DNA of 63,733 nt, counting the filler, from Craspedostauros australis (taxonomy: Eukaryota): NCBI GenBank assembly GCA_030167865.1. It is 16 parts of 16 records of this genome, joined end to end, with 100 filler letters (N's around TTAATTAATTAA, not from the genome) between each part and the next. Parts side by side here need not be neighbours in the genome. Positions count along the whole stretch, not along the records: positions 29,635 to 48,122 come from JALAGF010002577.1; positions 48,223 to 52,746 come from JALAGF010002578.1; 14 more parts are not named here. The stretch is one strand, 5' to 3'. A program made the position numbers and the translations under genes. How positions within the stretch are numbered: position 1 is the stretch's first letter; each line of letters begins with the position of its first letter. The notes below the pieces were generated by a model that ran no database searches, had not been told where the DNA came from, and saw only the letters and a program-made list of their open reading frames with translations. Positions 39,584-51,822 of this stretch are shown here, piece by piece.

Positions 39584-40480
39584 ATGACAAGAATGATGAA
39601 CGCAATGAGAATGGCGGCGAACGCCAGCAGGTTGAATGCCACAAGCATGACGGCAACGACGACCAGGCTCTTCCAGCCATCGTCGATGACCGCCCGCTGC
39701 ATCAGCAGCCCGCACATGCATCTGATGACGCAATCCATGTCGAGCACAACGACAACGACGAAGTCAACGACCGCCGCGAAACGCAACGTCGCGGCAACCA
39801 CCAACAAACGTCAGTCATCGTCGGCACCCTCCATTGATCGCGATCCCAACTTCCATGAGGTCTACGTGCACCACGTTTCGAAGCAGGTCTTGCAGTATTT
39901 GCAGGATTCGCAGTATCAATGGATGGAGCACACAGGATTGAACCGCGGTCTGCGTATCAATCCCAATGGAACCTTCACGATGCATTTCCCGAAACGAACA
40001 GCGCCCGCAAATGCCACACCCGTACTTGGATTGCAGGATGCCGGAAGGATATGGTGAGTACCCATGTCATGCATGCATAACACAAATGCAATGCAAAGCA
40101 GAATGGCATAGCATGCCAATGGACCGAGAGTTTGGCGCATATCCAGGCAAACGACGGCGAACCGAATTATGAAGTCCCAAGCGCATCACCTTGCTGCATG
40201 CTCGGCCACAATCACGCTGCCGCACGCATACTCACAAATTCCATTCTTGAATGCCGTTCCAAACACTCTCACAAACAACAGGACCAGCTACGACACTTCC
40301 ACAAAGCAACATTGGCTGTCGGTCTACCGTAGCAAGCTCAAGGCACGTTTTCTGCTGAAGGATCATGGCAAGACCGTCGGCAACACACGTATTCACAATG
40401 CCATGGAGGAACAGAAACGCGTCTGCGATGCCGTGGATCACATGATCCAATCGTTGCAGCAGGCGGAAGTGGGGCAGTGA
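39584..40480 (+). CDS. Two-exon hypothetical protein with mitochondrial-type presequence; exons 39584-40053 and 40282-40480
   Basis: GTGAGT donor at 40054 and CAG acceptor at 40281 give the in-frame join GRIW-TSYD. Confidence 0.75.
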
Positions 40481-40991
40481 ATACTCGTAGTGTTCCGCCA
40501 TTGATCGTCATGGATCAAGTTACTGGCGCAAGTGCAGCAAGCCAAAGCAAAAGCATGGGAAGCAATGCTCTTCGACTCTGTCCAGGTGAATGCATGCACT
40601 GAGCCAATCAACCACACTCGTTGAAATCAAATTGCCAGCCATCCAAATAATTGTAGAGTACAATGGTACAATACCAAACATGATTACCTCACATTTTGGC
40701 GTGCATATCTGTTGCGACGGCTGAGGTGTTGCACAAGGCTCGACTGTGGCTGTTTGTGCATCAGTCAGTCAGTCAGTCAGTCAGTCAGTTGAAATGCTAC
40801 ATTTTCCTTTATCAGTTGATGTTGTCTATTAGTATCGTCTGCATAGAAAAGTGCATGGGTCTGTCTGCTCAATCGATCTGCAAAAGTTATGGCCAAGTGC
40901 GTCCAAAGGGTTCTCATGCTCCTAGGATACCTTCCAGTACTCTTCGGAGGAATGACCCTTCACCCTCCATCGCCGTAGAAGAGCTGCTGCA

Positions 40992-41486
40992 TCAGAACCC
41001 ACCATAACGGTATACCAAATACTCTCGGATGATGTGCTGTTCGCGTAACGCATCCTTGATCTGGCTGAATGACACATCAGCAACCATCCACAGCGTGTCC
41101 GCAACAGCAGTACCGTAGGTCTCGACGGATGCGCAGGAGACGTGGGCACATGCCGCTTCTTCTGTCACGTCCATGGCCTTTTGGAACTGATGCGGCACGA
41201 AGATGGTCTCGTCGATCATATCCTTGATGGCCGGCCCGAGGACGAGACGCACGCAAGCAGCAATGGCCACAAAGGCGACCACTGCGACAAACATGGTGTT
41301 CTGCTGAAACTCAGTCAGTTCGAATTTCTTCCACCACGTTGCAGAACTCGCAGAGCTACCAACGCTGGTGGCAATGCTGTTACAAGCACTGATGATGCTG
41401 GCAACAATGGGAGGGAGGCATGCTTTGCTGGCTCCCTCCTCAGCCTCAGCTGCTGCCGTCTCTGCGTCGGCTGCTTTGTTCAGCAT
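40992..41486 (-). CDS. Small membrane hypothetical protein
   Basis: 164-aa ORF with one hydrophobic segment. Confidence 0.45.
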   Translation of the reverse strand: MLNKAADAETAAAEAEEGASKACLPPIVASIISACNSIATSVGSSASSATWWKKFELTEFQQNTMFVAVVAFVAIAACVRLVLGPAIKDMIDETIFVPHQFQKAMDVTEEAACAHVSCASVETYGTAVADTLWMVADVSFSQIKDALREQHIIREYLVYRYGGF

Positions 41487-42251
41487 GAAGGACTGATGCG
41501 GGAGACGACGCTCCTTGGATCACTCTTGCGATGCTCTGCTCGATCAGGGCTGGCCTCTCAGAGAATGGATTCTACTCGTCTATTGGTGTGGTTGTGACTG
41601 CCATCGCTGCTTTCTTCTTCTTCTTGTCGTCGTCGTGGCGATCGTCGTTGCTGATGCTTGTGAGGACGCTGTGCATCGACAACCCGCAGCGTTGCAGGTA
41701 AATCTGTGTTGCGAGCTGTATCAGCAGAAAGGATCGAAGAACAAGAACAGCCACCACAGTTGTTCCACGTCTGCAATTTCTCTCCTTTTCTATCTAGTCT
41801 TAGATGAAAGCCTAACAACAACCACAGATTCCTCGACCACATGGACCCAACGGAAGATCTGCGAAATTGTTGGCATCAAATTCTTCGCGCCAAAAACAAA
41901 CAACAAACATCGGCACAACACAACGCACAGAGCGACATGACGAGGGCACTCCTCGACGAACAGAGAACAAGGGGACATTGGAAGACATTGCCACGGTTGG
42001 TTGCAGTGGTGGTGACAGTTTGGCGCGAGAAGTCAGTCAACGCATCATGACCCGACGTGGAACGATGTTTGCTGCCGTTGCGGTGACGCGGCGTTTGGTT
42101 GCAGTTTTGTTTGGTGCAAACCGTTGGAGGATCCACCGCTGATCAGAGCCGATCAGCAGAAGCAACATCGCATCCAAAACCAGGAGCATCCAACATCCGA
42201 CACCAAACATCCAGCATCAGCAGCACCCAGCGTCCATCGGGAACAAGATCG

Positions 42252-44654
42252 ATGCTGTGTCATACCACCACAAGCGTCACCGCAACAAGCAAGTTCCGCT
42301 TGCTTTTTCTCGTGTTGATGGGATTGCTTGCCACCACATCGAGTGCGTCCCTCGATCTTCATGGACCACCACAACAGGCATCACATCAGCCACCGAAACA
42401 TGCACACTTCGTGACTCTCGAAGCATTTGTCACAGCCGAAGACGGCTCCATCCACGATTCCCTATATTTCAGCACACACGATGATCATCTCCACGATCAG
42501 CAGCAGCAGCCACCGCCTTACCAATCGAAGGATGAACACGTTGGAGCGATTGAAATCAACTCGGTCGCGGTGCTGGACATCGAAATCGAGCAGACCATGA
42601 TGTTTCCCGCTCTGCGATCGTGTGCCACGTTCGGCCACCACAACAACAACAGTTGGTACGTCCACGTTGAGGATTTAGATGACGTGTCGTTCGGAACTGT
42701 TTTGGAACCTGTTGCGTGGAACGCATGGACTCGAGCGGACACGGCGCTATCGTGGAGTCGCATGGGCAGCGTCATTCTCGTGGCAGCCAAGGATCCCACG
42801 ATCGGTCCACGCACTCTCCTCATCTCGTTGCTGCAGGCAGAGCATGATACGTTTCATGTTCTCACAAGGCGCCTCGCGGAATTCCCGAGAGTGACACATA
42901 AAACAGGGACGCATGCGTATCACAGTCATCATCAGCAGCAACAGGACAAGGGATACTCCATCAACCACCAACCAGGAATGTACGTTCCAGTCACCATGAT
43001 CATCCAGACCAACGCCACCAGCATCGGTTGGATGAGCGCGACAGAAGCCGACGAGTTCCCAGCGATGCACTTGGCTGAAGTGGGACTTGCGATAATTGCC
43101 TGTGGGGTGATCGCACGCCTCAAGTCGATGCTGCGCAGTCGTGCTGACCCACACAAGAAGGTTCAGTCGAAATCGTCAGCAGGTTGGAGCTCTTGGGATG
43201 TACGCACAGCCGGACCCGAATACGACCTTCCTCGAGACCCGCTCATCCTTGATCGTTCTGGTGCAGCGCAGTTCAACACCGCCAATGACAGCGGCTTGCA
43301 TAGCCACGCAGGTCCCAACTCCGACATTCAAGATCACGAAGACAAATCAGGGCCCAAGCCCGTCCTGGACGATCCTGTAATCACAGGAAACCTCGGGGAT
43401 GGTCATGGCCACAACCAACCAAGCCCTGAAGGAATCGCCGACACACATCAACATTCTTTCCATCAGCATGGATCCGTTCCAACCATGCGCGTGACACGAG
43501 TGCTGACGCTGAGCGACATTCGGAAAGAAGCCGCACGCCGTTTGCAACATTCCACGGTGGAACCCATTTCAGCTGCTGCCATTCCGCAAGACGATGCTTC
43601 TGGTTCCGAAGTGCCTACGGTGGCGCTTGCTGACCAGCAAACTTTGAACGATCAACCAGCCGAAAAGGCCCCAAAATCCCTGGAGTATTTTGTTGCTCAA
43701 GCGCTGGCGAAAATGCCATCTCCAATGAGCTCGGATGGAGGCGTTGGTACCACGGTTGCTCGCCCCATGCTTTCCAAATCAAGCCCCTCTCCGCAACAAG
43801 ACCTTCAGTATCCCATGCTTAAAGGCTCTGAGCTCCATGGTTCTAGCGACGGCGACGTGGACGGCGAGGACCAACCACATCCGATTTCCCACAAGAGCCC
43901 GATGGACGGTCGCGAATGTGATCAGATCGCCTCCCCGAATGCGATTGACAAGTCGGATCGCGAGTTGGTGGGCGAGCCGCTGGCGGAGACGACTCTTCCA
44001 AACCAAGCCGACTCAACCACGAGAGACGAACTCGCAAGTGCACATCAATCTCGACCGAATGAAACGGAGAAGGTCTTGTTCGGCAAGATTTATCCTTTCT
44101 CTCCGTTCGCGAATCAGGATGGTGCCCACAGCGATACATCCGCCGACTCCTGTGTCTCCACCGTCGCACCGAACACGGACTTCAGTAGCACCCGGGGCGA
44201 GTACTGCGGCGGATCCGAGGATTCATCCTGCTGCATTGTCCACATCGTGCGCCGAAAGTGGCAGAAAGACGGCGAGGACAATGCGTTTATTCCAGCCTCT
44301 GCCATGTCGTCCTCCGACAACAATCAACAAGATCGCGATCTCGTTGAAAGCAGGAAGAGACCGCGGGATGATATCGATTTCCCAAACAATGCAAGCTCCA
44401 GTGCCGACCAAGATGGCGAAAGCGGCGTCAAGATTGAGATTGACACAAATTTGGAAGCCTTCCCTGATTGGGCACCATCGCAGCTCCACAAGTTGGGATC
44501 GGGTTGCGTCGATACGGGCAATCGCGCTTTCAACGCAACCCCATCGATTGAGGCAACGGCTGGCAGAAAGAATCCAAAACGGCGTAGATACCGCAAGAAA
44601 CGCTCCCGCTCCAAACCTTCGACAGCGGTATCAGCCTCAGAAACCGCGGTTTGA
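42252..44654 (+). CDS. Large hypothetical protein: signal peptide, TM segment, low-complexity tail, basic C-terminus
   Basis: ~800-codon open frame; LLFLVLMGLLATTSSA; VGLAIIACGVIA; RKNPKRRRYRKKR. Confidence 0.7.
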   Translation: MLCHTTTSVTATSKFRLLFLVLMGLLATTSSASLDLHGPPQQASHQPPKHAHFVTLEAFVTAEDGSIHDSLYFSTHDDHLHDQQQQPPPYQSKDEHVGAIEINSVAVLDIEIEQTMMFPALRSCATFGHHNNNSWYVHVEDLDDVSFGTVLEPVAWNAWTRADTALSWSRMGSVILVAAKDPTIGPRTLLISLLQAEHDTFHVLTRRLAEFPRVTHKTGTHAYHSHHQQQQDKGYSINHQPGMYVPVTMIIQTNATSIGWMSATEADEFPAMHLAEVGLAIIACGVIARLKSMLRSRADPHKKVQSKSSAGWSSWDVRTAGPEYDLPRDPLILDRSGAAQFNTANDSGLHSHAGPNSDIQDHEDKSGPKPVLDDPVITGNLGDGHGHNQPSPEGIADTHQHSFHQHGSVPTMRVTRVLTLSDIRKEAARRLQHSTVEPISAAAIPQDDASGSEVPTVALADQQTLNDQPAEKAPKSLEYFVAQALAKMPSPMSSDGGVGTTVARPMLSKSSPSPQQDLQYPMLKGSELHGSSDGDVDGEDQPHPISHKSPMDGRECDQIASPNAIDKSDRELVGEPLAETTLPNQADSTTRDELASAHQSRPNETEKVLFGKIYPFSPFANQDGAHSDTSADSCVSTVAPNTDFSSTRGEYCGGSEDSSCCIVHIVRRKWQKDGEDNAFIPASAMSSSDNNQQDRDLVESRKRPRDDIDFPNNASSSADQDGESGVKIEIDTNLEAFPDWAPSQLHKLGSGCVDTGNRAFNATPSIEATAGRKNPKRRRYRKKRSRSKPSTAVSASETAV

Positions 44655-46302
44655 ACAACGCCGCGGCTGCCATCGAATACGGAAGCTTGTTGATGAAACT
44701 TTCGTTGGCGTTTGAAAATGATGATGATGAGATGAATGCCACCAACAAACGAGAGGAAAGGAACGAATGTTGCGTCCTGCTAGTACATATACCAGAAACG
44801 AATACTAGTTGTATGTGTGGTATGGGCGAATCTACGAGCAGATGACGCCAGTGATGATGGAAATGTTCATGATGCAAACGACGGCGGCGTCGAGGCTGAG
44901 GGGACTGCCACAAATGATGAGCAGGGCGATGGTGATCATTCTCACCTTCCGAACCGCGAGGCTGACGGCCTTGGGAAAAGGGGAGCATTAGTGGATCATG
45001 GGGTTGATGAGGTGGTGGCAGTTGCGACGATGATGACGATGATGACGATGTTAGCGAAGACAACAACGAGCATAGGAGCGGAAGATAAAGGCGACAAAAC
45101 AGGATACGGAGCAATCTAGTCTACTCTGTTCCGTTCTGTGCCTGGCGAATGGGCCGCATCATGCGCAAGTCCCTCCAATTGCTACAATTGCCGCAACTCC
45201 GTTCTCCTTCGCGCACAACCGTTTCATTTCGGATCCATCGTCCCAACCACCAACAAACCAAATCAGGTGCTCACAATCAGTAAGATGCACTCCTCTTGGA
45301 TGTGAAGTGAAGTGCCTCTCTCTCGCGATGCTGCGAGACCATCATAGAACAAGATCAAGGTCGAAAGCAAGATCAAGAGCGGAGAAACACAACAGGATAC
45401 GCTCTGGGTTGGCATCCGTCATTCTGCTCGCATGCCGGCGAAATCACACGAACACAATGGCAATTCCAGACACGATCAAAACAACGTGCGAACGTACCAA
45501 TCCTGCATACAAGTGCGAGGACGAGTACGAGCACTCCATGCAAAGGTTGCTCCATTGATCCACCGATCCTTCGCGCTAACCTCCCACAAACTGCAGAAGA
45601 TATCTGCACGATTGGAGTGCATGGTATTACAGTCTGATGGATGGAAAGATACGCCCAGTCTTCGATGCGATGCAATGTGAAGTGAAGTGGAGTGTCTCTC
45701 TGATGACACTCCGGTATTCACAGAACAAGATCAAACCCAAGATCAAAAGCGAGAATGAGAATGAGAGTGAGAGCAAAAACAAGAGCGAAGGAACAGACAA
45801 GGGCACGGGCTGAAGTAAGCCAATGTCATGTTGATCTGGCGAAGCAACAGCAACGCCATGGGGACAACCTTTCGCACATCAAAATGCGATGCGAACGGAT
45901 CCATCCTGCATACGAAGGTTGGTTCGTGGTTTCTGATACTTCATCTCCAACTCTGAGGGTGGCTCACGCAGACTTCAAGCACAGTTGGTATCAGGGTGCG
46001 TTTCGATGCATCAGGTATTCCGCCATGAGTGAAGTCAATCGAACTCATCTCAACTCAACGCGACCAAGTGCAACATCCACACACATCGCCAAACATGTGC
46101 TCTCCAACTCCAACAGTCGAAGCCCCTTGCTCTTGACGGTGTCTGAGGGGGAAACAGGAAGCAAAAGGACCATCATCATCGTCAGCATCATTCTCCTCAC
46201 AAAATCAACAAGCTCCACTTCGAATCGGAAACTGACAGCAATAGCAACAGCAACGAATCCCATCTTCCATCACTCCACAACATACCATACAGCGCGATAA
46301 CC

Positions 46303-48122
46303 ATGATGATCAACATGATCAACACCAAAACAATCGTCACCGCCATTTTCCTTCTTGCCTTCATGACGGTGGCTGAAGCACGCCTCAACGGAGATAAGAC
46401 CCTGGACGTTGTGGATGAAATGCACCTGGCATTGCAAGCCACCCGCACAATCAAGGCTGCTGTCGGCGTCAGCAACAACAAGGGTGCCAAAACGAATAAG
46501 AATGGCATTTCCGAACCCTCCATTCCGCCATCACCAATGCCTTCGACCTCCAATGAAGCTGCAGATCTAACCACCATGCCCACATGGATTCCAAGCGCTC
46601 ATCCAACGACCGATCCCACACGCTCTCCAACCTCATCGCCGACCATGCCGCCAGCCCCACCTCCATCAGCTCCTCCGATGGATTTCGATTCCGCCATCTC
46701 TGTTGTCTGCAAGCCCGATGGTGTCACCATCCTCACACCATATGAAGCCAAACCCAAGATCATCATCTGCAACTCTGCCAAGCCATCATGCCGTGAGGCT
46801 GTGATCGCCGTGAGGGAATCCATGGCATTGCAGAACTTCTTCGGATGTGCAGGGAACCTTGGAGAAGGAGCCGCCCGCAAGCTCTTCAACAAGTACGCAT
46901 CGGATGACATGCTTGCTGGCCAATTGGCCTTGATCGCTGCCACGAACCCGATTCTCGTCACCGAACGACCTGATGCAATGAAGGAGGCGTGTATGACCAT
47001 CGGAATGGCCCAATCTCCATCTGTCGCCAATCCATGCTGCCAAGGATCATCGGGATGCACCTCAACCACCGGCTCTGCTTCCAACTCTCCTCCATTCATG
47101 ACCATCGCCGCCATGGCCTGTACCGGCGACAGCGCCTGCAAGGACATGGGACCGAACCCTCTCATTCTCGATTCCTCCTGCACTGGCACGAGTGCATGCG
47201 AGTTGATGAATGAGAATGAGATCAATCCCTTCATCACAGGAGTGACCTTCGTTGGTGAAGGTGCATGCACTAGTGCGCAATCTTGTGAGGGAGCGGGACG
47301 CCGTTCTCATGGTGATGTGACCATCCAGGAGGGTGCGTGTATCGGTACCGAAGCATGTACTTCAGCTGGACGCCGCGTCGCACAATCCGCACCATCTTTT
47401 CGCTATCAAAGTCACATCCACATTGGCTCGAAAGCTTGCGTTGGCAGCAATGCCTGCAGGCTTGCCCATTCCACTGTGAGTCATTTTCCTGGTGGCAAGA
47501 TTGCAGGAAGCCTGACCATCGGCGATGGTGGTTGTGCTGATGAAGGCTCATGCGAGAAGCTTGGTTTGAATGACAGGATGAGAACAGATATCATCGTCCC
47601 TCCTGGCGGTTGCGGCGGTGTTCAGAGCTGCTGGGCATGCATGACGAAGTCGGAGTGCGATCATGATGCGGTGTATCTGATCAGTGATGCGGAGGGAGCC
47701 TGTCCCAAGGGAGGCAGCGACACGAACTTCCTTCCAACGGGTGACAAGGTGGAGGAGTATTGCGTTGGTAAGGACGAATTGCCAACTGAGTGTCCGACGT
47801 TCTTTCCCACCCCATTTCCCACCGTGTCGGTTGAACCCACATCTGTTCCCACATCGGCCCCAACAGCGGCTCCAACGGCGGCTCCAACAGCGGCTCCGAC
47901 ATCGGCTCCGACATCGTCCCCGACGCCAGTTCCTACATCGGCTCCAACGCCAGCTCCCACATCGGTTCCTACTTCAGCTCCCACATCGATCCCAACTATC
48001 ACCCGGGCAACCTTATCCGTAGGATGTCTCTCAACACCGGGAGATGGCATCTCAACGTTCAATGCGATTACTGGTGACGTAGTGTGCGATGGTGCAACAG
48101 GCACATGCGCGGACTTCGTCTC
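46303..48122 (+). CDS. Secreted Cys/Gly-rich repeat protein with PT (PTxA) repeats, 3' truncated
   Basis: Signal peptide; repeated (I/V)xxGACxGxxAC units; PTSA/PTAA array at ~47810-48000. Confidence 0.85.
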
Positions 48123-48222
48123 NNNNNNNNNNNNNNNNNNNNNNNNNNNNNNNNNNNNNNNNNNNNTTAATTAATTAANNNNNNNNNNNNNNNNNNNNNN
48201 NNNNNNNNNNNNNNNNNNNNNN

Positions 48223-48532
48223 CCAGTACTGAATGAACGGAGTGTCGAATACGGAGTACGTATCGAACACGGAGTATCGTGCGCGACGAGCACACGATGT
48301 TGAGAGAGAGAGANNNNNNNNNNNNNNNNNNNNNNNNNNNNNNNNNNNNNNNNNNNNNNNNNNNNNNNNNNNNNNNNNNNNNNNNNNNNNNNNNNNNNNN
48401 NNNNNNNNNNNNNNNNNNNNNNNNNNNNNNNNNNNNNNNNGGAGTAGCCAACTAATGAAATAGCAAACAGACGACTATCAACCAACACCATCTTCCACGA
48501 TTGTAGGTTACCGTGAGCGGAACTTGCCAACA
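48223..48532 (+). mobile_element. LTR-like fragment (family A) ending ...CCAACA, abutting Copia integrase
   Basis: Homologous to the reverse complement of 56586-56960; shared similarity stops at CAACA. Confidence 0.65.
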
Positions 48533-49575
48533 TTACTCATCTTGGACTACTCACAGGTCCAAACTGTCAAGGCATGGAAAGCTGTGACAATGCGGTACAT
48601 GATCAAGCACTCCTTCACTGCTCCCATGAATCATAATCAGAACCGAGCGGAGCAGGCGATCGGCGACATCAAGCGACACGCATACAAATTGCTTTGGGCG
48701 GAGTCCGTGCCACTCACCTTCTGGTGCTACGCGGTGCAACACGTCATTGATGTATGGAACTACATGGCAAAGGAGAGCATCCAATGGAAGAATCGCATCA
48801 AACTGCTCCACAGGAACACTCTGGACATCTCCATGTTCAGGTTCACGTTCTTTCAACAGGTCTGGTATTTCGAGCCGATGACCAAGTTTCCACATCACCC
48901 ATTCAAACCAGCTTACTTCCTGGGAATCGCATGGGACCATGGAGACCCTTTCACGTACAACATATGGTTGCCACGGGGCGACAACGTAACCAAAGGCACC
49001 GCCCTGGTACAGAACATTGTGGAACCACGAATTGCAGAAGACGCAAGCGCTCCGCAAATCACCAACAAGGAAGCTCAGCGCATCGCACGCCTCGATCTCA
49101 TACACACTACTACCAGAGACAACTTGGGGCAACGAACGCGAACCAAGACAATGCCGATGCAACTCGCTTGACAGGTCCGTGAGGCCATCGATGCGATTCC
49201 CGTGCGGTCTGGGGCGGCTGCTTGCATTCCTGAGGAGGGACCACTGGAGGTCAGGGGCGTCGTGGTCAACGAAAATTCTATTCCGCATGACGACTGATGG
49301 TTTGGTCAGCAGAATGTCATCATTGACAACAACGACAACCACAACAGTGGGCCTACAAGCATGATTTCCGATGGCAAAGGGGAAGACAAGCTCTCAACTG
49401 CGGACATCTCGAGAGAATCCGATGACTATGAAGCAGTGAGGATTCCAGATCCTCCCCAGCGGCGGATTCAGGGGCATATTGACACTCTGGCTGAGCGCGA
49501 GCATGATGAGATGTTCCAAAATGAGATTACAAAAGAAGACACGAACGAACCAGCAATCACATCTGTCACTGGTCA

Positions 49576-49781
49576 TATCAGCACAAAATCAAATAGTGCT
49601 AAGTACGTTACTCCCGTAGCCCCCACTATCTATAAATTTCACTTGTGTTCGGTTCAGCAATCGCATCGCCTGTAGCTCAACGGTAGAGCACCAGTAATTC
49701 TAACTGAGGTTCCGGGTTCGAATCTCGGCATGGTACTTTGCTTTTGCTCTCCCCTTGTGATTTTTCGATAGTGTTCTAATA
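49576..49781 (+). mobile_element. 206-bp insertion with GGTCA TSD, carrying a tRNA-like Pol III cassette
   Basis: GGTCA at 49571-49575 and 49782-49786; removing the insert restores the pol frame VTGH-SFRDGHLHLNVKW. Confidence 0.9.
49666..49735 (+). ncRNA. tRNA-derived sequence (pseudo-tRNA) with intact A and B boxes
   Basis: D arm GCTC-AACGGTA-GAGC; T arm CCGGG-TTCGAAT-CTCGG; 4-bp anticodon stem with atypical loop AATTCTA; poorly paired acceptor stem. Confidence 0.8.
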
Positions 49782-51822
49782 GGTCATTCCTTCCGAGATG
49801 GACATCTCCATCTCAATGTGAAATGGGACAACAATGAAACTCAATGGTTCCGATACAACGTCCTGAGGGCAGACCATCCCGAGCTCGTGGCGCGATATAT
49901 CATCACCAACGAGCCAAAACGGCACGACAGACACAATCGACAGTCAACGACAATACTAAGACGGGCAAAGCACGCTGTTCGAGCGATACGCAGACGCATG
50001 CGACGAATCGAGCGCACGCACATCTTCACAGTCGACAACAACCACAGCATCGCCATCCTGAGGCGCATACAACCAGGAAAGAAGAAGCCGAAAAAGGACT
50101 TATTCGCTACAGTATTCCAATACGGTGTAGAAGTGCCACGCAACATACGGCACGCACTCCAACTTGACGAAGCCAATGGCAACACATTGTGGAAGGACGC
50201 AGCAAAGAAAGAGATCGATGCTCTGATTGACCTTGATTGCTTTGAATTCCATCCATCCACTCACCAACCTTCATCGTACTACCAGAGCACCAAGCTCTGG
50301 CTCATCTTCGCTGTGAAACAGGATCTGCGGCGCAAGGGGCGGCTGGTGGCCAGCAGTCACCTCATCAAACTTGTTGACAATATCAGAGTATACTCGTCCA
50401 CAATCAAATCAACCAGTGTACAGATACTCGATGTCATCATGGACGCAAACAAGCTGAAGCAACTCTGCGGCAACATGGGGAATGCATTCGTCAATGCCTA
50501 CATCAACAAGAAGATGTACGCAAGGGCAGGAACAGAGTTCGATTTCAGAGAGGGTCAGACAATCGTACTCAGGAAGGTGTTGTATGGAATCCGATCGAGC
50601 ACACAAAGCTTCCATGCTCACTTTGTAAATGCACTCTCATCCATGGGGTTCTCTCCATCACAGCATGACCAGGACGTATGGATCAAGTGGAGGAATGACA
50701 CTGGGTATGACTACATATGCATGCATGTCAATGACTTCAAGATCGTGGCGAAAGAACCAGACCAATACATGAAAGTCATCCAGCAAGTCTACGCCATCAA
50801 AGACATTGGACCACCCAACTACTATCTGGGAAACGACGATTCCAGGAATGTGAAAGAAAAATGGAGCATTGGATGTGACAAATACATTGCAAATGCGATG
50901 GATAACATCGAACGGCAGCATGGAACACTCCATGACCAGCATGTTCCCATGTGGGACAAGGACCATCCAGAAACGGATGACTCCAAACTACTCACACCAA
51001 ACGAACATCAACAGTTCCAGCATCTCATCGGCATGCTGAACTGGGTCATTCAACTTGGACGTTTCCACGTCACCTTTGCAACTTCTTCACTCTCTCAATT
51101 CACTGCATCACCATGGAAAAGACATCTAGCAAGAGCACTCAAGATTTGGGGCTATCTCAAGAGTATGTCCACACTCAGAACACAAATCGACTCCAGACCC
51201 ATGATATTCCACAACTTCAACTCGACACCGTCCAACCCAGAATTGGTGGCGCAAATGAAGGAAGAATACCCTGAGACACAGGAGGACGTCAACGACCGGT
51301 CACCAAAGCCAATCTATCCAGAGCTGCCAATGTATGCATTTGTCGATGCTGACCATGCGCACGATCTTGTCACATGCCAATCAAACACTGGGATCATCCT
51401 TTTCCTCGGCAGGACGCCTGTGTACTTCTCGAGCAAGTGGCAGACATCAGTCACAACGTCTACATACGGAGCAGAATTCAACGCGATGCGATCAGTGACG
51501 GAAGAAATCATTGCACTCCGATACACACTCCGATACGCACTCCGATTGCTGGGAGTCCACGTCCAATCACTGACGGTCACATTCTGCGACAACAATGTGG
51601 TGATCTCGAAAACGACGATTGCAGACAGCCTATTGCAAAAGAAGCATGTGGCAATATCATTTCACTGAGTCCATGAGGCTGTGGGAGCTGGGACACTGGT
51701 TCCAGTCCACGTCCCATCGGCTCAGAACTTTGCTGACATGCTCACCAAAGCATTGGTGAGGCCAACACTAACACTTCTTGCCACAACCCTGTTCTACGGG
51801 GGTCCACCTTGAGATCAAGGGG

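Larger units (their letters stand above)
48533..51822 (+). mobile_element. Decayed Ty1/Copia pol (integrase - chromo-like - RT - RNase H) with PPT
   Basis: NQNRAEQAIG..FWCYA, YGVEVPRN, IFAVKQDLRRKGRLVA, LYG, FVDADHAHD, TSTYGAEF, NFADMLTK; internal stops; purine tract GAGATCAAGGGG at 51811-51822. Confidence 0.95.

Noticed and set aside
49666..49735. Functional tRNA-Glu(TTC) or tRNA-Arg(TCT) gene
   Set aside because: The acceptor stem has about three mismatches, and the loop defined by the stem lacks U33 and purine-37.
49666..49735. Primer-binding site of the Copia element
   Set aside because: It lies mid-pol, in sense orientation, at full tRNA length and inside a TSD-bounded insert.
51666..51668. 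Programmed readthrough or selenocysteine TGA in pol
   Set aside because: Better explained by CGA>TGA decay, alongside many similar lesions.
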